Of a DNA stretch of 64,000 bases, positions 1 to 12,647 are shown piece after piece; the stretch's first letter is position 1, and each line of letters opens with the position of its first letter. The stretch is from Escherichia coli (lineage in GTDB: Bacteria; Pseudomonadota; Gammaproteobacteria; Enterobacterales; Enterobacteriaceae). The notes below the pieces were generated by a model, which made no database searches, was not told the origin of the DNA, and worked only from the letters and a program-made list of their open reading frames with translations. The stretch lies in assembly GCF_044324785.1 (NCBI RefSeq), contig NZ_CP172127.1; one strand, given 5' to 3'. Made by a program: the position numbers and the translations under genes.

Positions 1-495
1 GCGGTGGTTGAAGGTCTGGAAGGATCGTTAAACGTACCGGTTAGCGAAACGGTGATGTGGACTAATAACATCACTTATATGCTGAAGAGTGAAAACAAAA
101 CCACGGGCGACCGTTTGTCGATCATCCCGGAGTATACGTTGAACTCAACGCTGAGCTGGCAGGCACGGGAAGATTTGTCGATGCAAACAACCTTCACCTG
201 GTACGGCAAGCAGCAGCCGAAGAAGTACAACTATAAAGGTCAGCCAGCGGTTGGACCGGAAACCAAAGAAATCAGCCCGTACAGCATTGTTGGCCTGAGC
301 GCGACCTGGGATGTAACGAAGAATGTCAGTCTGACCGGCGGCGTGGACAACCTGTTCGACAAACGTTTGTGGCGTGCGGGTAATGCCCAGACCACAGGCG
401 ATCTGGCAGGAGCCAACTATATCGCCGGTGCCGGGGCATATACCTATAACGAGCCGGGACGTACGTGGTATATGAGCGTAAACACTCACTTCTGA
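1..495 (+). CDS. fepA: FepA ferric-enterobactin TonB-dependent outer-membrane receptor, C-terminal part (5' end outside window)
   Basis: The frame is open from nt 1 and ends ...GRTWYMSVNTHF with a terminal Phe, typical of an OM beta-barrel. It matches my recollection of the FepA C-terminus, and entD follows as in K-12. Confidence 0.9.
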   Translation, partial: AVVEGLEGSLNVPVSETVMWTNNITYMLKSENKTTGDRLSIIPEYTLNSTLSWQAREDLSMQTTFTWYGKQQPKKYNYKGQPAVGPETKEISPYSIVGLSATWDVTKNVSLTGGVDNLFDKRLWRAGNAQTTGDLAGANYIAGAGAYTYNEPGRTWYMSVNTHF

Positions 496-544
496 TGCTA
501 ACGCTTCCTCCCCCGATATTTGGGGGAGGAATAATATAGTTGAC

Positions 545-1165
545 ATGAAAACTACGCATACCGCCCTCCCCTTTGCCGGACATACGCTGCATTTTGTTGA
601 GTTCGATCCGGCGAGTTTTCGCGAGCAGGATTTACTCTGGCTGCCACACTACGCACAACTGCAACACGCTGGACGTAAACGTAAAACAGAGCATTTAGCT
701 GGACGAATCGCTGCTGTTTATGCCTTGCGGGAATATGGCTATAAATATGTGCCCGCTATCGGCGAGCTACGCCAACCTGTGTGGCCTGCGGAGGTATACG
801 GCAGTATTAGCCACTGCGGGACTACGGCATTAGCCGTGGTATCTCGTCAACCGATTGGCATTGATATCGAAGAGATTTTCTCTGTACAAACCGCAAGAGA
901 ATTGACAGACAACATTATTACACCAGCAGAACACGAGCGACTCGCAGAATGCGGTTTAACCTTTTCTCTGGCGCTAACACTGGCATTTTCCGCCAAAGAG
1001 AGCGCATTTAAGGCATCGGAGAGACAAACTGATGCAGGATTTCTGGATTATCAGATAATTAGCTGGAATAAACAGCAGATCATCATTCGACTAGAGGATG
1101 AGCAGTTTGCTGTGCACTGGCAGATAAAAGAAAAAATAGTCATAACGCTGTGCCAACACGATTAA
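545..1165 (+). CDS. entD: Enterobactin synthase phosphopantetheinyl transferase EntD
   Basis: 206-codon ORF MKTTHTALPFAGHTLHFVEFDP...ITLCQHD, recognisable as EntD. It sits next to fepA. Confidence 0.93.
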   Translation: MKTTHTALPFAGHTLHFVEFDPASFREQDLLWLPHYAQLQHAGRKRKTEHLAGRIAAVYALREYGYKYVPAIGELRQPVWPAEVYGSISHCGTTALAVVSRQPIGIDIEEIFSVQTARELTDNIITPAEHERLAECGLTFSLALTLAFSAKESAFKASERQTDAGFLDYQIISWNKQQIIIRLEDEQFAVHWQIKEKIVITLCQHD

Positions 1166-1286
1166 TTGACGACATCTGGTACGATTCGCCCGCAGCCATC
1201 ACCGACCACGGGCGAAAGTGTAAAGCAGGTGCCTTACCACCCTGACCTGACAACCGGATATGCGGGGATTACTCCCCGCACAACGG

Positions 1287-1439
1287 CTACTTCTTCGGTT
1301 CGTAAGCGAGAACAGCCTTAAACTCAATATTACGTTCCTTCACCGTAAACTCACACAGCGAGTCTCCGACCAGAAGCGTAAATCCCAGTACCGTCAAACA
1401 CAGCACTATGACTGCCACAAGGGCATATTTCGTCAGCAT
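1287..1439 (-). CDS. hokE: Hok/Gef-family type I toxin, copy 1
   Basis: 50 codons, [55 protein letters not shown] lies ~9 nt upstream of the ATG at 1439. The sequence matches HokE as I recall it. Confidence 0.85.
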   Translation of the reverse strand: MLTKYALVAVIVLCLTVLGFTLLVGDSLCEFTVKERNIEFKAVLAYEPKK

Positions 1440-1788
1440 GTTTATATTGCCTCCATGCGAAGAAGGGACTACCATCCAAATTGTCTGGTTTGGAGTGGCA
1501 GCCCCAGGGTTGATAGAAATATCTCCTGGGGCTTCATCTTTCCAGACCTCAGAGTAAACCTGAAACCGGAAAGCTTCAGGCACCCGCCGTTATCTTACCC
1601 TTCCTTAGCAAAATATCTGTTTATTTATACAGTGAGTCCTGTTTCGGACTTCTGTCGGCAAAACTCATCATTGCTCTTAAAACGAAATCGCCCGCAGCCA
1701 TTGCTGACCGCGGGCGAAAGTGTAAAACAGGTGCCTTACCACCCTAACCTGACAACCGGATATGCGGGGATTACTCCCCGCACAACGG

Positions 1789-1941
1789 CTACTTCTTCGG
1801 TTCGTAAGCGAGAACAGCCTTAAACTCAATATTACGTTCCTTCACCGTAAACTCACACAGCGAGTCTCCGACCAGAAGCGTAAATCCCAGCACCGTCAAA
1901 CACAGCACTATGACTGCCGCAAGGGCATATTTCGTCAGCAT
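1789..1941 (-). CDS. hokE: Hok/Gef-family type I toxin, copy 2
   Basis: Same 50-codon ORF with one substitution (V8A), with the same SD and flanks. Confidence 0.85.
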   Translation of the reverse strand: MLTKYALAAVIVLCLTVLGFTLLVGDSLCEFTVKERNIEFKAVLAYEPKK

Positions 1942-2375
1942 GTTTATATTGCCTCCATGCGAAGAAGGGACTACCATCCAAATTGTTTGGGTTTGGAGTG
2001 GCAGCCCCAGGGTTGATAGAAATATCGTCCTGGGGCTTCATCTTTCCAGACCTCAGAGTAAACCTGAAACCGGAAAGCTTCAGACACCCGCCGTTATCTT
2101 ACCCTTCCTTAGCAAAATAGCTGTTTATTTATACAGTAAGTCCTGTTTCGGACTTCTCAATCCTCATTTGATCAACTGAAGCTGAACCCGTTTTTTTCTG
2201 CATGCCTCAATCGTCAAAATTCTTCGCCACCAGTCCGCACTGCCATAACTTGTCATATTGCAAAATGTAGCCAATTTGCTTCAGTCACCATCACCAAAAA
2301 AAAGAAACATTCCAGAACTTCCGCATCTCGCCCAGTCGCTCCCACTTCTATACTGAATAGAAAACGCCAACATAA

Positions 2376-3503
<1,128 letters not shown>

Positions 3504-3568
3504 GCCGGGAATTGCCTTACAGAAGAATATCCCTGACAATGGTGTTTTAACTTACATTTAACAATGTT

Positions 3569-3817
3569 ATGAAACACCCTTTAGAAACCTTGACCACCGC
3601 AGCAGGCATTTTGCTGATGGCTTTCCTTTCTTGCCTGCTGCTGCCCGCCCCCGCACTGGGGCTGACGCTGGCACAAAAACTGGTGACCATGTTCCATCTG
3701 ATGGATCTTAGCCAGCTTTACACTTTATTGTTTTGTCTGTGGTTTTTAGTGCTGGGCGCTATTGAGTATTTTGTTCTGCGCTTTATCTGGCGACGCTGGT
3801 TCTCGCTGGCGGATTAA
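3569..3817 (+). CDS. ybdJ: Small inner-membrane protein YbdJ
   Basis: 82-codon hydrophobic ORF in the K-12 position between ybdK and ybdF. Confidence 0.8.
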   Translation: MKHPLETLTTAAGILLMAFLSCLLLPAPALGLTLAQKLVTMFHLMDLSQLYTLLFCLWFLVLGAIEYFVLRFIWRRWFSLAD

Positions 3818-3881
3818 ACGTCGATTATCGCCGTACTTCGCGGCATACTTTGCTTATTCTCCTTCGCCTAAAGGAACGTTT

Positions 3882-4250
3882 ATGGATAAGCAATCACTGC
3901 ACGAAACGGCGAAACGCCTGGCCCTTGAGTTACCCTTTGTCGAGCTTTGCTGGCCTTTTGGCCCGGAGTTCGATGTTTTTAAAATTGGCGGCAAGATTTT
4001 TATGCTGTCGTCAGAGCTGCGCGGCGTCCCCTTTATCAATCTGAAGTCCGATCCACAAAAATCCCTGTTAAATCAGCAAATATACCCGAGCATCAAGCCA
4101 GGGTATCACATGAATAAAAAGCACTGGATTTCAGTGTATCCCGGCGAGGAAATCTCCGAAGCGTTACTTAGCGATCTGATCAACGATTCGTGGAATCTGG
4201 TGGTTGATGGTCTGGCTAAACGCGATCAAAAAAGAGTGCGTCCAGGCTAA
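3882..4250 (+). CDS. ybdF: YbdF (MmcQ/YjbR-like, unknown function)
   Basis: Internal ATG at 3882 gives [21 protein letters not shown]... (122 aa), as I recall for YbdF. The longer ORF from 3762 overlaps the end of ybdJ and was not used. Confidence 0.85.
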   Translation: MDKQSLHETAKRLALELPFVELCWPFGPEFDVFKIGGKIFMLSSELRGVPFINLKSDPQKSLLNQQIYPSIKPGYHMNKKHWISVYPGEEISEALLSDLINDSWNLVVDGLAKRDQKRVRPG

Positions 4251-4343
4251 AGCGGAAATCTATAGCGCATTTTTCTCGCTTACCATTTCTCGTTGAACCT
4301 TGTAATCTGCTGGCACGCAAAATTACTTTCACATGGAGTCTTT

Positions 4344-4997
4344 ATGGATATCATTTCTGTCGCCTTAAAGCGTCATTCCACTAAGGCATTTGATGCCAGC
4401 AAAAAACTTACCCCGGAACAGGCCGAGCAGATCAAAACTCTCCTGCAATACAGCCCATCCAGTACCAACTCCCAGCCGTGGCATTTTATTGTTGCCAGCA
4501 CGGAAGAAGGTAAAGCGCGTGTTGCCAAATCCGCTGCCGGTAATTACGTGTTCAACGAGCGTAAAATGCTTGATGCCTCGCACGTCGTGGTGTTCTGTGC
4601 AAAAACCGCGATGGACGATGCCTGGCTGAAGCTGGTTGTTGACCAGGAAGATGCCGATGGCCGCTTTGCCACGCCAGAAGCGAAAGCCGCGAACGATAAA
4701 GGTCGCAAGTTCTTCGCTGATATGCACCGTAAAGATCTGCATGATGATGCGCAGTGGATGGCAAAACAGGTTTATCTCAACGTCGGTAACTTCCTGCTCG
4801 GCGTGGCGGCTCTGGGTCTGGACGCGGTACCCATCGAAGGTTTTGACGCCGCCATCCTCGATGAAGAATTTGGTCTGAAAGAGAAAGGCTACACCAGTCT
4901 GGTGGTTGTTCCGGTAGGTCATCACAGCGTTGAAGATTTTAACGCTACGCTGCCGAAATCTCGTCTGCCGCAAAACATCACCTTAACCGAAGTGTAA
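4344..4997 (+). CDS. nfsB: Oxygen-insensitive NAD(P)H nitroreductase NfsB
   Basis: ATG at 4344 gives [48 protein letters not shown]... (217 aa), recognisable as NfsB. Confidence 0.95.
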   Translation: MDIISVALKRHSTKAFDASKKLTPEQAEQIKTLLQYSPSSTNSQPWHFIVASTEEGKARVAKSAAGNYVFNERKMLDASHVVVFCAKTAMDDAWLKLVVDQEDADGRFATPEAKAANDKGRKFFADMHRKDLHDDAQWMAKQVYLNVGNFLLGVAALGLDAVPIEGFDAAILDEEFGLKEKGYTSLVVVPVGHHSVEDFNATLPKSRLPQNITLTEV

Positions 4998-5006
4998 TTC
5001 TCTCTT

Positions 5007-5030
5007 GCCGGGCATCTGCCCGGCTATTTC
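5007..5030 (+). terminator. Probable rho-independent terminator after nfsB
   Basis: Hairpin gccgggc-atct-gcccggc followed by tatttc, 10 nt after the nfsB stop. Confidence 0.55.
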
Positions 5031-5056
5031 CCCTCAGATTCTCCTGATTTGCATAA

Positions 5057-6352
<1,296 letters not shown>

Positions 6353-6353
6353 T

Positions 6354-6398
6354 TAAAAAAACCGCTCTCATCGAATGGATGAGAGCGGACATCGTTTT
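6354..6398. terminator. Bidirectional terminator between convergent ybdG and pheP
   Basis: Perfect hairpin ccgctctcatc-gaat-ggatgagagcgg (6362-6388). It is flanked by an A-run upstream (a T-run for the minus strand) and gtttt downstream. Confidence 0.7.
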
Positions 6399-6419
6399 GT
6401 CGGATGTAGCGTGAATGCC

Positions 6420-7796
6420 TTATTTCCGACGCAGCGTTTTAAATGCTACAAACAGGAATACAATCCACACCGGCAGCAGAATCGCTGACAAGCGCATATC
6501 ATCCATCGTGCACATCAGCAGCAAAATCATGCCGAGGAAAGCGATGCAGAGATAGTTGCCGAACGGATAGAGCAGCGCCTTAAACTGTGTTTCACGTCCC
6601 TGACGTCGCATCGCCGCGCGAAAACGCAGATGCGCCAGGCAGATCATAATCCAGTTCAATAGCAGCGTTGCTACCACCAGCGCCATCAGCAGACCAAACG
6701 CTTTTTGCGGCAGCAGATAGTTGATTAACACCACCAGCGAAGTGATGGCTCCGGAAAGCATCAGCGAGTTAATCGGCACACCGCGACGGCTGACGCGAGT
6801 CAAAAACTTCGGCGCATTACCCTGCACAGAAAGGCCAAACAGCATGCGGCTGTTAGAGTAAACCCCGCTGTTATACACTGACAGCGATGCTACCAGAATG
6901 ACGAAGTTCAGCGCAGAAGCTACCACGTTGCTGTCGAGATTATGGAAAATCATCACAAACGGGCTACTGTTGGATTTCACTTCCACCCACGGATAGAGCG
7001 CCAGTAAAACCACCAGTGAACCGATGTAAAACAGCAGGATGCGATACACCACCTGATTTACCGCTTTTGGAATGCTTTTTTCCGGATCGCGCGCTTCAGC
7101 GGCAGTAATCCCAATCAGCTCCAGACCGCCGAAGGAGAACATAATTACCGCCAGCGACAAAATCAGCCCATTCCAGCCGGTGGCGAAGAAACCACCGTAG
7201 CGCCAGAGGTTGTCGATACTGGCTTTCTCGCCGCCGTGACCAGAAAACAGCAGCCACAGGCCAAAGCCGATCATACCGATGATTGCCAGCACTTTAATCA
7301 GCGCAAACCAGAACTCGGTTTCGCCATATAAGCGCACGTTCACCAGGTTAACGGCGTTGATGATAATAAAGAAGGCGGCAGCCCAAATCCACGTTGGAAC
7401 ATCCGGGAACCAGTACTGCATATAGATGCCCGCAGCGGTCAGCTCTGCCATTCCCACCAGCACGAACATTACCCAGTAGTTCCAGCCAGAGAGGAAGCCC
7501 GCAAACGGTCCCCAGTATTTATAGGCAAAGTGGGCAAATGAACCGGATACCGGCTCTTCGACCACCATCTCGCCGAGCTGGCGCATAATCAGGAAAGCGA
7601 TGATCCCGGCGACGCCGTAGCCCAGCAATACAGCCGGACCCGCCATCTGAATCGCCGGGCCAATGCCAAGAAACAGACCAGTACCAATTGCGCCACCCAG
7701 CGCAATCAGTTGAATATGACGGTTATGTAATCCGCGATGAAGCGTCGGCTCTTGATTCGACGCAGTATCTTCCGATACGGTTGACGCGTTTTTCAC
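6420..7796 (-). CDS. pheP: Phenylalanine-specific APC-family permease PheP
   Basis: ORF 6420-7832. The K-12-like N-terminus (M)KNASTVSEDTASNQEPTLHRGLHNRHIQLIALGG... starts at the GTG at 7796 (458 aa). Twelve-TM amino-acid permease sequence. Confidence 0.9.
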   Translation of the reverse strand: MKNASTVSEDTASNQEPTLHRGLHNRHIQLIALGGAIGTGLFLGIGPAIQMAGPAVLLGYGVAGIIAFLIMRQLGEMVVEEPVSGSFAHFAYKYWGPFAGFLSGWNYWVMFVLVGMAELTAAGIYMQYWFPDVPTWIWAAAFFIIINAVNLVNVRLYGETEFWFALIKVLAIIGMIGFGLWLLFSGHGGEKASIDNLWRYGGFFATGWNGLILSLAVIMFSFGGLELIGITAAEARDPEKSIPKAVNQVVYRILLFYIGSLVVLLALYPWVEVKSNSSPFVMIFHNLDSNVVASALNFVILVASLSVYNSGVYSNSRMLFGLSVQGNAPKFLTRVSRRGVPINSLMLSGAITSLVVLINYLLPQKAFGLLMALVVATLLLNWIMICLAHLRFRAAMRRQGRETQFKALLYPFGNYLCIAFLGMILLLMCTMDDMRLSAILLPVWIVFLFVAFKTLRRK

Positions 7797-7897
7797 GCCT
7801 TTCCCCTGTGTGTCTTTTTTGTTGAGGGGCACCTTTTAACATTTAGTGCCCATCGTCGCAAGACACAATCCACACGGTTAAACCGGGTATCCTGCTT

Positions 7898-10800
7898 TTA
7901 TTTACGTACCCGATGTCGGTGCAGCCACATCAGCTTATACGCCGCCGGGATAATAAACAGCGACAGCAAAGGCGCGGTGATCATGCCGCCAATCATCGGC
8001 GCGGCAATCCGGCTCATCACCTCTGAACCTGCTCCCGTCCCCCACAGAATCGGCAGCAGACCGGCGATAATCACCGCCACCGTCATCGCTTTCGGGCGCA
8101 CGCGCAGGACCGCGCCGTGATATAACGCCTCATCCAGCTTCTGCTCACTGAATGTTTGCGGATTATTCAACGACGGCTCGGCCTCTATAGCGTGACGTAA
8201 ATACATCAGCATCACCACGCCAAATTCGGCGGCGACCCCGGCAAGGGCGATAAAGCCGGTGCCCGTTGCCACAGAAAGATGAAAGCCCATCCACCACAGC
8301 AACCAGATTCCGCCCACCAGCGCAAACGGTACGCTGCTGATAATCAGCAACGCTTCGCCCACCCGACGGAACGCCAGATACAACAGCACGAAGATGATCA
8401 TCAACGTCATCGGCACCATGAGTTTCAGCTTATGGTTGGCGCGCTCCAGTAGCTCGAACTGCCCGGAGAATGCCACGCTGGTACCCGGTTTTAACTGCAC
8501 TTTTTCAGCTATCGCTTTTTGCAGATCGTGAACCACCGACACCATGTCACGATCGCGGGCATCGATATAAATCCAGCTCGTCGGGCGCGCATTCTCGGTT
8601 TTCAGCATCGACGGTCCGGTAGAGACTTTAACGTCAGCCACGTCTGCCAGGGTGATTTGCTGCTTCATCGGCGTCAGAATCGGCAACTGGCGCAACGCCT
8701 GCGGACTATCGCGCCAGCTTTGCGGATAACGCAGATTAATTGGATAACGGGCAATCCCTTCCACCGTTTCGCCAACCATCGCCCCGCCCACCGCAGAAGT
8801 CACAAACAATTGCACATCTGCCACCGTCATACCGTAACGCGCGGCTTTTTCACGGTTAATCTCAACGTTGATATAGCGCCCACCTTCCAGACGCTCGGCA
8901 AGCGCAGAAGCTACGCCTGGCACCGTTCGCGCCACTTCTTCAATTTGCTCCGCCATCGCGTCGATATCCGCCAGCACAGTGCCGGAAACTTTAATGCCGA
9001 TGGGGCTTTTAATGCCAGTCGAGAGCATATCAATACGGTTACGAATTGGCGGCACCCACAGATTCGCCAGCCCCGGCAGCCGCACGGTGTTATCCAGTTC
9101 CTCGATGATTTTGTCCATCGTCATGCCAGGCCGCCACTGATCTTGTGGCTTAAGCTGGATAGTCGTTTCTACCATCTCCAGTGGAGCTGAATCGGTGGCG
9201 GTTTCCGCTTTCCCGGTTTTGCCAAATACCCGCGCCACTTCCGGTACGCTCATAATCAGCTTGTCGGTTTTTTGCAGCATGCTCGCCGCCTCTGCTGCGG
9301 AAATCCCCGGCAGCGTCGATGGCATATACAACAAGTCGCCTTCATTGATCTGCGGTAAAAATTCCCCGCCAACTTTATTGAGCGGCCAGAGAACCGTCAG
9401 CACCGAAAGCGCTGCCACCAACAGCGTGGTTTTCGGCCAGTGCAGTACTTTCAGCAACAGCGGATGATAAACACGAATCAAAAAGCGATTGAGCGGGTTA
9501 CTGCTTTCCGGCGGAATTTTGCCACGGATCCAGTAGCCCATCAGGATCGGGATCACTACGATCGCCAGTAGCGCCGCGCCCGCCATCGCATAGGTTTTGG
9601 TGAACGCCAGCGGGCCAAACAGACGACCTTCCTGCCCTTCCAGGGTGAAGATCGGGATAAACGACAGCGTGATAATCAGCAGACTGATAAACAGCGCCGG
9701 CCCCACTTCAACAGATGCATCGGTGATCACCTGCCAGCGCGTTTTATTATCCAGCGTGGCGTCAGGATGCTGGTGCTGCCACTCTTCCAGCCGTTTATGC
9801 GCATTCTCGATCATGACGATAGCGGCATCGACCATCGCCCCGACGGCAATCGCAATACCGCCCAGCGACATAATATTGGCGTTCAGTCCCTGAAAGTGCA
9901 TGACAATAAAAGCAATACACAACCCCAGCGGCAACGAAATAATCGCCACCAGCGCCGAGCGCACATGCCAGAGAAACAGCGCACAGACTACCGCCACCAC
10001 AATAAACTCTTCCAGCAACTTGCCGCTGAGGTTGTCGATGGCGCGGTCAATGAGCTGACTGCGATCGTATGTTGTAACTATCTCCACGCCTTCCGGCAGA
10101 CTGCTTTTCAGCGTTTCCAGTTTGTCCTTCACGGCGGCGATCACTTCACGGGCGTTTTTGCCGGAACGCAGGATCACCACCCCGCCCGCCACTTCGCCTT
10201 CGCCGTTCAGTTCGGCAATGCCCCGGCGCATCTCCGGGCCAACCTGGACCTTCGCAACATCACGCAGATAAACGGGCACGCCATTTTCACTGGCTTTTAA
10301 AACGATGTGATTAAAGTCGTCAAGCGTTTGCAGATAGCCGCTGGCGCGCACCATATATTCCGCTTCCGCCAGTTCGATCGACGAACCGCCCGCTTCCTGG
10401 TTTGAAGCATCCAGCGCGCTTTTTACTTCGGCGAGACTGATGCCATACTGCGCCAGGCGCTGAGGATCGATAACCACCTGATACTCTTTCACCACACCGC
10501 CCACCGACGCCACTTCCGCAACGTCAGGGATGGTTTTTAGCTCATATTTGAGAAACCAGTCCTGCAATGAGCGTAAATCGGCCAGATCGTGCTTACCGCT
10601 GCGATCCACCAGTGCATATTCATAGATCCAGCCAACACCCGTGGCATCTGGCCCCAGCTCGGCGCTGACTCCCGCAGGCAGCTTACCCTGTACCTGGTTG
10701 AGGTACTCCAGCACCCGCGAGCGCGCCCAGTATGGATCGGTGCCATCTTCGAAAATAACATACACATAAGAGTCGCCAAACTGCGAGAAACCACGCACAG

Positions 10801-11041
10801 TCTTCGCGCCAGGCACCGACAACATCGTGGTGGTTAGCGGATAAGTCACCTGATTTTCAACGATTTGCGGTGCCTGACCGGGATAGCTGGTTTTAATAAT
10901 CACCTGCACATCGGAGAGATCCGGCAGCGCATCCACTGGCGTGTTAATGATGGTCCAGGTGCCCCAGATACTCAGAAACAACGCGCCCATCAGCACCAGA
11001 AAACGGTTCGCCACCGAGCGACGAATAATCCATTCAATCAT
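7898..11041 (-). CDS. cusA: Cu(I)/Ag(I) RND efflux pump inner-membrane subunit CusA
   Basis: 1047-codon [30 protein letters not shown]..., recognisable as CusA. Operon order cusCFBA. Confidence 0.97.
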   Translation of the reverse strand: MIEWIIRRSVANRFLVLMGALFLSIWGTWTIINTPVDALPDLSDVQVIIKTSYPGQAPQIVENQVTYPLTTTMLSVPGAKTVRGFSQFGDSYVYVIFEDGTDPYWARSRVLEYLNQVQGKLPAGVSAELGPDATGVGWIYEYALVDRSGKHDLADLRSLQDWFLKYELKTIPDVAEVASVGGVVKEYQVVIDPQRLAQYGISLAEVKSALDASNQEAGGSSIELAEAEYMVRASGYLQTLDDFNHIVLKASENGVPVYLRDVAKVQVGPEMRRGIAELNGEGEVAGGVVILRSGKNAREVIAAVKDKLETLKSSLPEGVEIVTTYDRSQLIDRAIDNLSGKLLEEFIVVAVVCALFLWHVRSALVAIISLPLGLCIAFIVMHFQGLNANIMSLGGIAIAVGAMVDAAIVMIENAHKRLEEWQHQHPDATLDNKTRWQVITDASVEVGPALFISLLIITLSFIPIFTLEGQEGRLFGPLAFTKTYAMAGAALLAIVVIPILMGYWIRGKIPPESSNPLNRFLIRVYHPLLLKVLHWPKTTLLVAALSVLTVLWPLNKVGGEFLPQINEGDLLYMPSTLPGISAAEAASMLQKTDKLIMSVPEVARVFGKTGKAETATDSAPLEMVETTIQLKPQDQWRPGMTMDKIIEELDNTVRLPGLANLWVPPIRNRIDMLSTGIKSPIGIKVSGTVLADIDAMAEQIEEVARTVPGVASALAERLEGGRYINVEINREKAARYGMTVADVQLFVTSAVGGAMVGETVEGIARYPINLRYPQSWRDSPQALRQLPILTPMKQQITLADVADVKVSTGPSMLKTENARPTSWIYIDARDRDMVSVVHDLQKAIAEKVQLKPGTSVAFSGQFELLERANHKLKLMVPMTLMIIFVLLYLAFRRVGEALLIISSVPFALVGGIWLLWWMGFHLSVATGTGFIALAGVAAEFGVVMLMYLRHAIEAEPSLNNPQTFSEQKLDEALYHGAVLRVRPKAMTVAVIIAGLLPILWGTGAGSEVMSRIAAPMIGGMITAPLLSLFIIPAAYKLMWLHRHRVRK

Positions 11042-11052
11042 TGGTTATTCCC

Positions 11053-12276
11053 TCAATGCGCATGGGTAGCACTTTCAGAGCGCATCCGCTCCAGTGCGCC
11101 AGAAATATTGGCTTCGGAATCAATCAGGAACAGGCCGCTGGAAACCACCTTTTCACCTTCCGCCAGACCAGAGCGTAACGCGGTGACGCCTTGCGATGCC
11201 TGGAAAACGGCAACGCGTTTCGGTACAAAGCGCCCGTCGGCATCAACGGTAATCACCCGCTGTTCGTTGCCGGTATCAATCAGCGCCTGTGACGGAATGA
11301 GCAGCATCGGTTCGCTAGCGGTATTGAGTTGCAACCAGGCGTTCATTCCCGGTTTTAGCGCCTCGTCGGCGTTGTCGACTTCCAGACGCAGCTGCAGCGT
11401 GCGGGTCGCGGCATCCACGCCGGGTAGCAGGGTCCATTTGCGAATGGTGAGTGTTTTATCCGGTCGCGCCGGAACGGTGAGCGTAAACTGCGGGGCATCT
11501 TTCACCAGCCAGGCGATGGACTCCGGGATCGCTGCAGTGACCCACACCGGGTCCATACCCTGAATTTTCGCGACCACGTTATCTTTGGCGATATTCATAC
11601 CCGCACGCAGATCAAACGCGGTGATCACGCCATCAATGGGCGCTTTGAGCGTAAAGCGAGTCTGGATTTTTTGCGTGGCGATCAGGCGGCGAATATCCGC
11701 CTCCGGCATTCCCGCCAGTCTCAGCCGCTCAAGAATGCCTTCAGTCTGGGTCGCCGTACCGCCGGTTTCGCGCAGCAGTAAATACTCACTCTGCGCTTCC
11801 ACCCAGTCGGGAATGGTCAGGTCGAGAAGCGGCGCGCCCTTTTGCACTTTATCGCCCACGGTAAGCGGATACACCTTGTCGATAAACCCGGCGGCGCGGG
11901 CCTGCACAATGGCATACTGATACTCGTTGTAACTGACATTCGCCGGGAAACTCTGGGCAAAAGTCAGCGGCCCGCGCGTGACGGTAGCCGTTTTCACCCC
12001 CAGATTCTGCGTCTGAGTCGGGTCAATGCGCACACCAGACGCAGAACTCTCTTCATCGGCATATTTCGGCACCAGATCCATATCCATAAACGGCGATTTA
12101 CCTGGTTTATCGAACCGCGTATTGGGATACATCGGGTCGTACCAGAATAAGACTTTACGTTCTGCGGTCGACGTTTTTTCTGCGGGCAGTTCAGCCCGGT
12201 CAAACCAGGTAAAACCTGCCGCAGAAATAATACCGCCCGCGATCATGCTGCCGATAATAAGCGCGATTTTTTTCAT
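11053..12276 (-). CDS. cusB: Cu(I)/Ag(I) efflux membrane-fusion protein CusB
   Basis: 407-codon ORF MKKIALIIGSMIAGGIISAAGFTWF... lying between cusF and cusA. Confidence 0.96.
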   Translation of the reverse strand: MKKIALIIGSMIAGGIISAAGFTWFDRAELPAEKTSTAERKVLFWYDPMYPNTRFDKPGKSPFMDMDLVPKYADEESSASGVRIDPTQTQNLGVKTATVTRGPLTFAQSFPANVSYNEYQYAIVQARAAGFIDKVYPLTVGDKVQKGAPLLDLTIPDWVEAQSEYLLLRETGGTATQTEGILERLRLAGMPEADIRRLIATQKIQTRFTLKAPIDGVITAFDLRAGMNIAKDNVVAKIQGMDPVWVTAAIPESIAWLVKDAPQFTLTVPARPDKTLTIRKWTLLPGVDAATRTLQLRLEVDNADEALKPGMNAWLQLNTASEPMLLIPSQALIDTGNEQRVITVDADGRFVPKRVAVFQASQGVTALRSGLAEGEKVVSSGLFLIDSEANISGALERMRSESATHAH

Positions 12277-12291
12277 CTCATTAAACCTGGG

Positions 12292-12624
12292 TTACTGGCT
12301 GACTTTAATATCTTGTAATAAAGAAAGGCTGCCCTGCTGGACAAAATTAAACGCCACTTTGTCGCCGGTTTTAATTTCACTCATTTTCGTCTGCGGGGTG
12401 ATAGTAAAGCGCATGGTCATCTCCGGCCAGTTCACGGCAGCAATCGGATCGTGATGGATGGTGATTTTTTTGCTTTCCAGATCAACACCTTTTACCACGC
12501 CAGTGGCGCTAATAACCTGCGGTTGTACTTCGCTCATGGTTTCATGATGATGTTCGTTAGCCTGGGCATTAAAGCCAATAACGGTAAACAGACTGAACAT
12601 TGCGACTTGCAGTGCTTTTTTCAT
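12292..12624 (-). CDS. cusF: Periplasmic Cu(I)/Ag(I) chaperone CusF
   Basis: 110 aa with a signal peptide, the NEHHHETM stretch and ...AVNWPEMTMRF..., recognisable as CusF. Confidence 0.96.
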   Translation of the reverse strand: MKKALQVAMFSLFTVIGFNAQANEHHHETMSEVQPQVISATGVVKGVDLESKKITIHHDPIAAVNWPEMTMRFTITPQTKMSEIKTGDKVAFNFVQQGSLSLLQDIKVSQ

Positions 12625-12647
12625 TTATTCTCTCCTGGAGTTAAAAA

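Larger units (their letters stand above)
1181..2157. repeat. Tandem duplication of the hokE locus (units about 1181-1653 and 1682-2157)
   Basis: The two ~475-bp units align base for base by eye, with scattered substitutions and small indels. Each contains a hok ORF, an overlapping upstream frame and a GC stem-loop (cgcccgcagcc...gggcg) at the predicted mRNA 3' end. Confidence 0.9.

Noticed and set aside
1260-2016. Plus-strand ORFs of 187 and 84 codons ([28 protein letters not shown]...) spanning the hok repeats.
   Set aside because: They run antisense through the hok/mok units and are duplicated only because the locus is duplicated. There is no SD, and the region is better explained by hok mRNA and antisense Sok RNA.
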